DNA of 64,000 nucleotides, taken from the NCBI GenBank assembly GCA_964106645.2, contig OZ067042.1; one strand, written 5' to 3'. Below, one piece after another: positions 61,196 to 64,000 of this stretch. Position 1 is the first letter of the stretch, and every line of letters begins with the position of its first letter. The notes below the pieces were generated by a model. That model was not told the origin of the DNA. It ran no database searches and was given only the letters and a program-made list of their open reading frames with translations. Source of the stretch: Podarcis pityusensis (taxonomy: Eukaryota). A program made the position numbers and the translations under genes.

Positions 61196-64000
61196 TGCAC
61201 ACAGGGAGAGAGAAAGACTCACACGGAGAGACACTTAACCAAGCCCTCAAAAGAAAAAGAAAGCCCAACCCATCTAGTTCTATACAGAAATATCTTTGAA
61301 TTCCCTTCTTGGACTGAGAAAGACGACATGGACACTTTGCAGCAGAAAGGGTTCTACGGGATGCCACCAGATCTCCAGAAAATTAAAAGCACAAAACCTT
61401 GTAAATATCACCTTGCTCAAGTCCACATGGGAACAACAGCTACTATGGTGCATAGGGGAACTGGACAAAACAACTTCACCTGGATATTCCTTACGACATG
61501 TACTTGTACAAAGAAAATGGGTTTTGAATATCATGCTACCATGTGCATAAGAGCACAGAAAAGGTGTTGGGTAGCGTTTCCTAAGGAGCTCCTCTGCCCC
61601 TCAAATATAGCAGCAGAGGGGAGGATGGATGGTTTCTCACTTCCATCTTCCACAGTTCCTTTCCCACATCTGCGGCCATCCATATGTAAACGTTGGAGTA
61701 GCTGCGTTTTCCCCACCATCTACAGCTGAAACGTTAATTGGATTTTGATTCTGGAGTCTGGATCCCGTGAAGCCCTCCAAAGCAGAGATCTCATAAGAAC
61801 CGAGAAGTCTACGCATGGAGAATTTGAAGGTTGAATCATATGCTGTAGGGGATGGGTTGTGTAAACAGAAGGCCATTTCTAATGCTGCAGCGCCGCTGAT
61901 GCAGTGGGTTTCTGTACGTGCAACAGAACTTCCTCTCCCTCTCTTGTTCTCTCCAGCCTCCTGGGTGCCCTCGAAACCAGCTCTAGATGGTTTGGGGAAC
62001 CCTCTGGAGCAGATGTTGAGGGTGCATGGGGAGAGGAGAAGAAACGGAAGTTCCGTTACACCAGTGGAACGGTTCTGGCGCAGCATTAAATACAGCTGCT
62101 AAGTTGCAATTTGCACTAGAGGTTTTTTTGGGGGGGGTATGCATGGGTAGGGCTGGCCCCAACTGTTTGGGCACCCTGGATGGGTACCTGGGTGCACCTC
62201 AAACCCCTTTTTGAATCCACAAATTGTCTCTCAAAACCCCATGCCCCTTTTCCTTAGAGAAGTAAACCTGTTGCTAAGAAAGGAGCCTACCAACGTCTGT
62301 TTTCAGTGATTCTGCAGGGATGTTGCGGTCGAAATCGTGAGTTGGTACCTAGCAGTGCAGGAATGTACCTGAAATCACTTCCCAAGCAGTCAGGGAGTGT
62401 TTTGTGCAGTTGCTAGGTAGCTGCCACGCAGGTTTCTTTCCCCTCCATCAAGCAAGCAGACATTGTTAGCGGGTGATGGCAGAGTGTTCAGCAGCTGGCT
62501 GCCCAGTACTCTGGTCAGATGTCCATTGTGGCCACTGAGTGTTGTTTTGAGCAGAGCTCGCAACAGGACCACGATCAGTGGGTTCATTTGCACTTTAATC
62601 TAGCTTTTCTGTTTTTATTTGTAAAGGGGGGGGGGATATAATATACTTTTTACACATTTGGAGAGAAATATGCAGATTCAGCCATGCTGGCAAAGGACCA
62701 ATAAGGAACTTGACACAAGGCGCAGCTTCCTTCCAGGCTGTTTCAAAAATGCAAATAGGAGCCATAAATTACAGTCAAGAAATGGGAGAGGATCTAGCAT
62801 GGGTGTTAAGGGGAGGCAAATGTCAGCAGTCGAAGGACAGACATCTGTTCCCTCGCCCTTTTGGAAGAAAACAAGCAGATGGGCTTGCAGCCCCTGGTCT
62901 AGCAAAAGTGCTTCAGCTGATGCTGAACTATTTTCAGAAGGGATGGCAAAATTCTCCACTCTCCTTGACGGTACACGATCAGCTCCAAAATCTTCAAACT
63001 CGGTGCTTGAAGGAATTAAAAAATCCACTCAAGGTCACCAGGAAGTGAGCGAGCCCCATTTAAATGAACGGGAGTCACTCTCAAGCAGAAGAAGCTCTTG
63101 ATTTCAGTGGGGCTTACACGGAAGAAATGTCCTGATCCATTGGGTCCCAAGGAAATAAAGTGCCCTTTAATTCCAGTTGATTTCAGAAGTAGACAAAATG
63201 CTAGATTTTTAGATGACGTTAGACATTTGAATGGAACGTTAAGTGCCAGAGTTAAGGCACACGAAGAACCTTCCATCCAAGATGGATTATCAGGATGTAT
63301 CGATAATTCCATTTTCTAAAATGGTGAATATTTGTAATTTTCTTTTTTAAAAAATAATATCACAAACTATGGTATAAAAACGGGGAAAGGGAGGGTATAC
63401 AGCATTCCATACTTAGAATGTTATACACAGGGTATCGCTTGGACTTCTTGAAGCCTGATCGCTTTGGCTTGTTTATCAGTGCTGGTGACTTGGCTTAGCA
63501 GGCAGTGTGTTCTCAAACCTCATTGAAAACATGGATGTGCTGCCACAGCCCAAGTGGAGAATGTTTCCTAAATGTAATGATGTTCTTTTAAATGATCACC
63601 CAGAACCATGCCCATAAATGTCAGATGTGGCTGAACAGCATCTCCCATCATCCCTGCTGGCCATGGGCCCATGCTTGCCGGGGCTGATGGGAGTTGTAGT
63701 TCAGCAACATCTGGTGGGCCAGCAGTCCCCCACCCCTACTCTAAATTCAAGGCACCTTAAGAATTGCCTTGCTAGCTCAGACCAAAGGTTTATCTAGGCC
63801 GGCAGTGGGCAGAATAGTTGAGGATCTGCTGGGAGAAGTCTGGCAAGTAGATTGGCAAGGGTTTCCAACTCCCAGTCGTTTAACAATGGCAAAACAAAAT
63901 GGCGCACACACCCTCATCCACTGTATCATTGTTGGATGAGGCAAGAAGGAGCAAGGCAGGTTACCTAGGATTGGATTTTAATGTGAAAGAACTGTGAACT
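61196..64000 (+). other. PEX5L: PEX5L 3' UTR (end not determined; AATAAA at 63154-63159, ATTAAA at 61382 and 62085)
   Basis: Follows the stop codon and is largely repeat-poor to about 63600; the poly(A) hexamers are unvalidated. Confidence 0.6.

Noticed and set aside
61637-63319. Overlapping 95-149 aa ORFs on both strands of the 3' UTR as a separate gene
   Set aside because: No recognisable homology or exon structure, and the lengths are within the chance range for this window.

Overview
Vertebrate genomic DNA from a squamate, probably a lacertid lizard, inferred from Sauria SINEs, Bov-B LINEs and squamate-type L2 and MITE families. The window holds most of one + strand gene, PEX5L (TRIP8b, the HCN-channel auxiliary subunit and PEX5-related TPR protein). 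I rebuilt 13 coding exons by hand (TRIP8b exons 4-16, 9846-61195). All have GT-AG boundaries and consistent phases, totalling 1818 nt = 605 codons plus TGA. I did not find exons 1a/1b/2, which are presumably upstream. The introns are dense in transposable elements, many with readable target-site duplications (TSDs) and nesting. There is one 162-nt N gap. Almost all ORFs in the supplied track are spurious or TE-derived. The most unusual observation is that the PEX5L frame stays open for 177 more codons directly after its UGA stop. Other candidates are a poison exon in intron 4, an in-frame alternative acceptor at exon 6, inverted SINEs around the exons encoding the HCN-binding core, recurrent RFX X-boxes, two solo LTRs just before exon 9, and a long hairpin element. 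Identifications rest on recalled protein and repeat sequences, not database searches.
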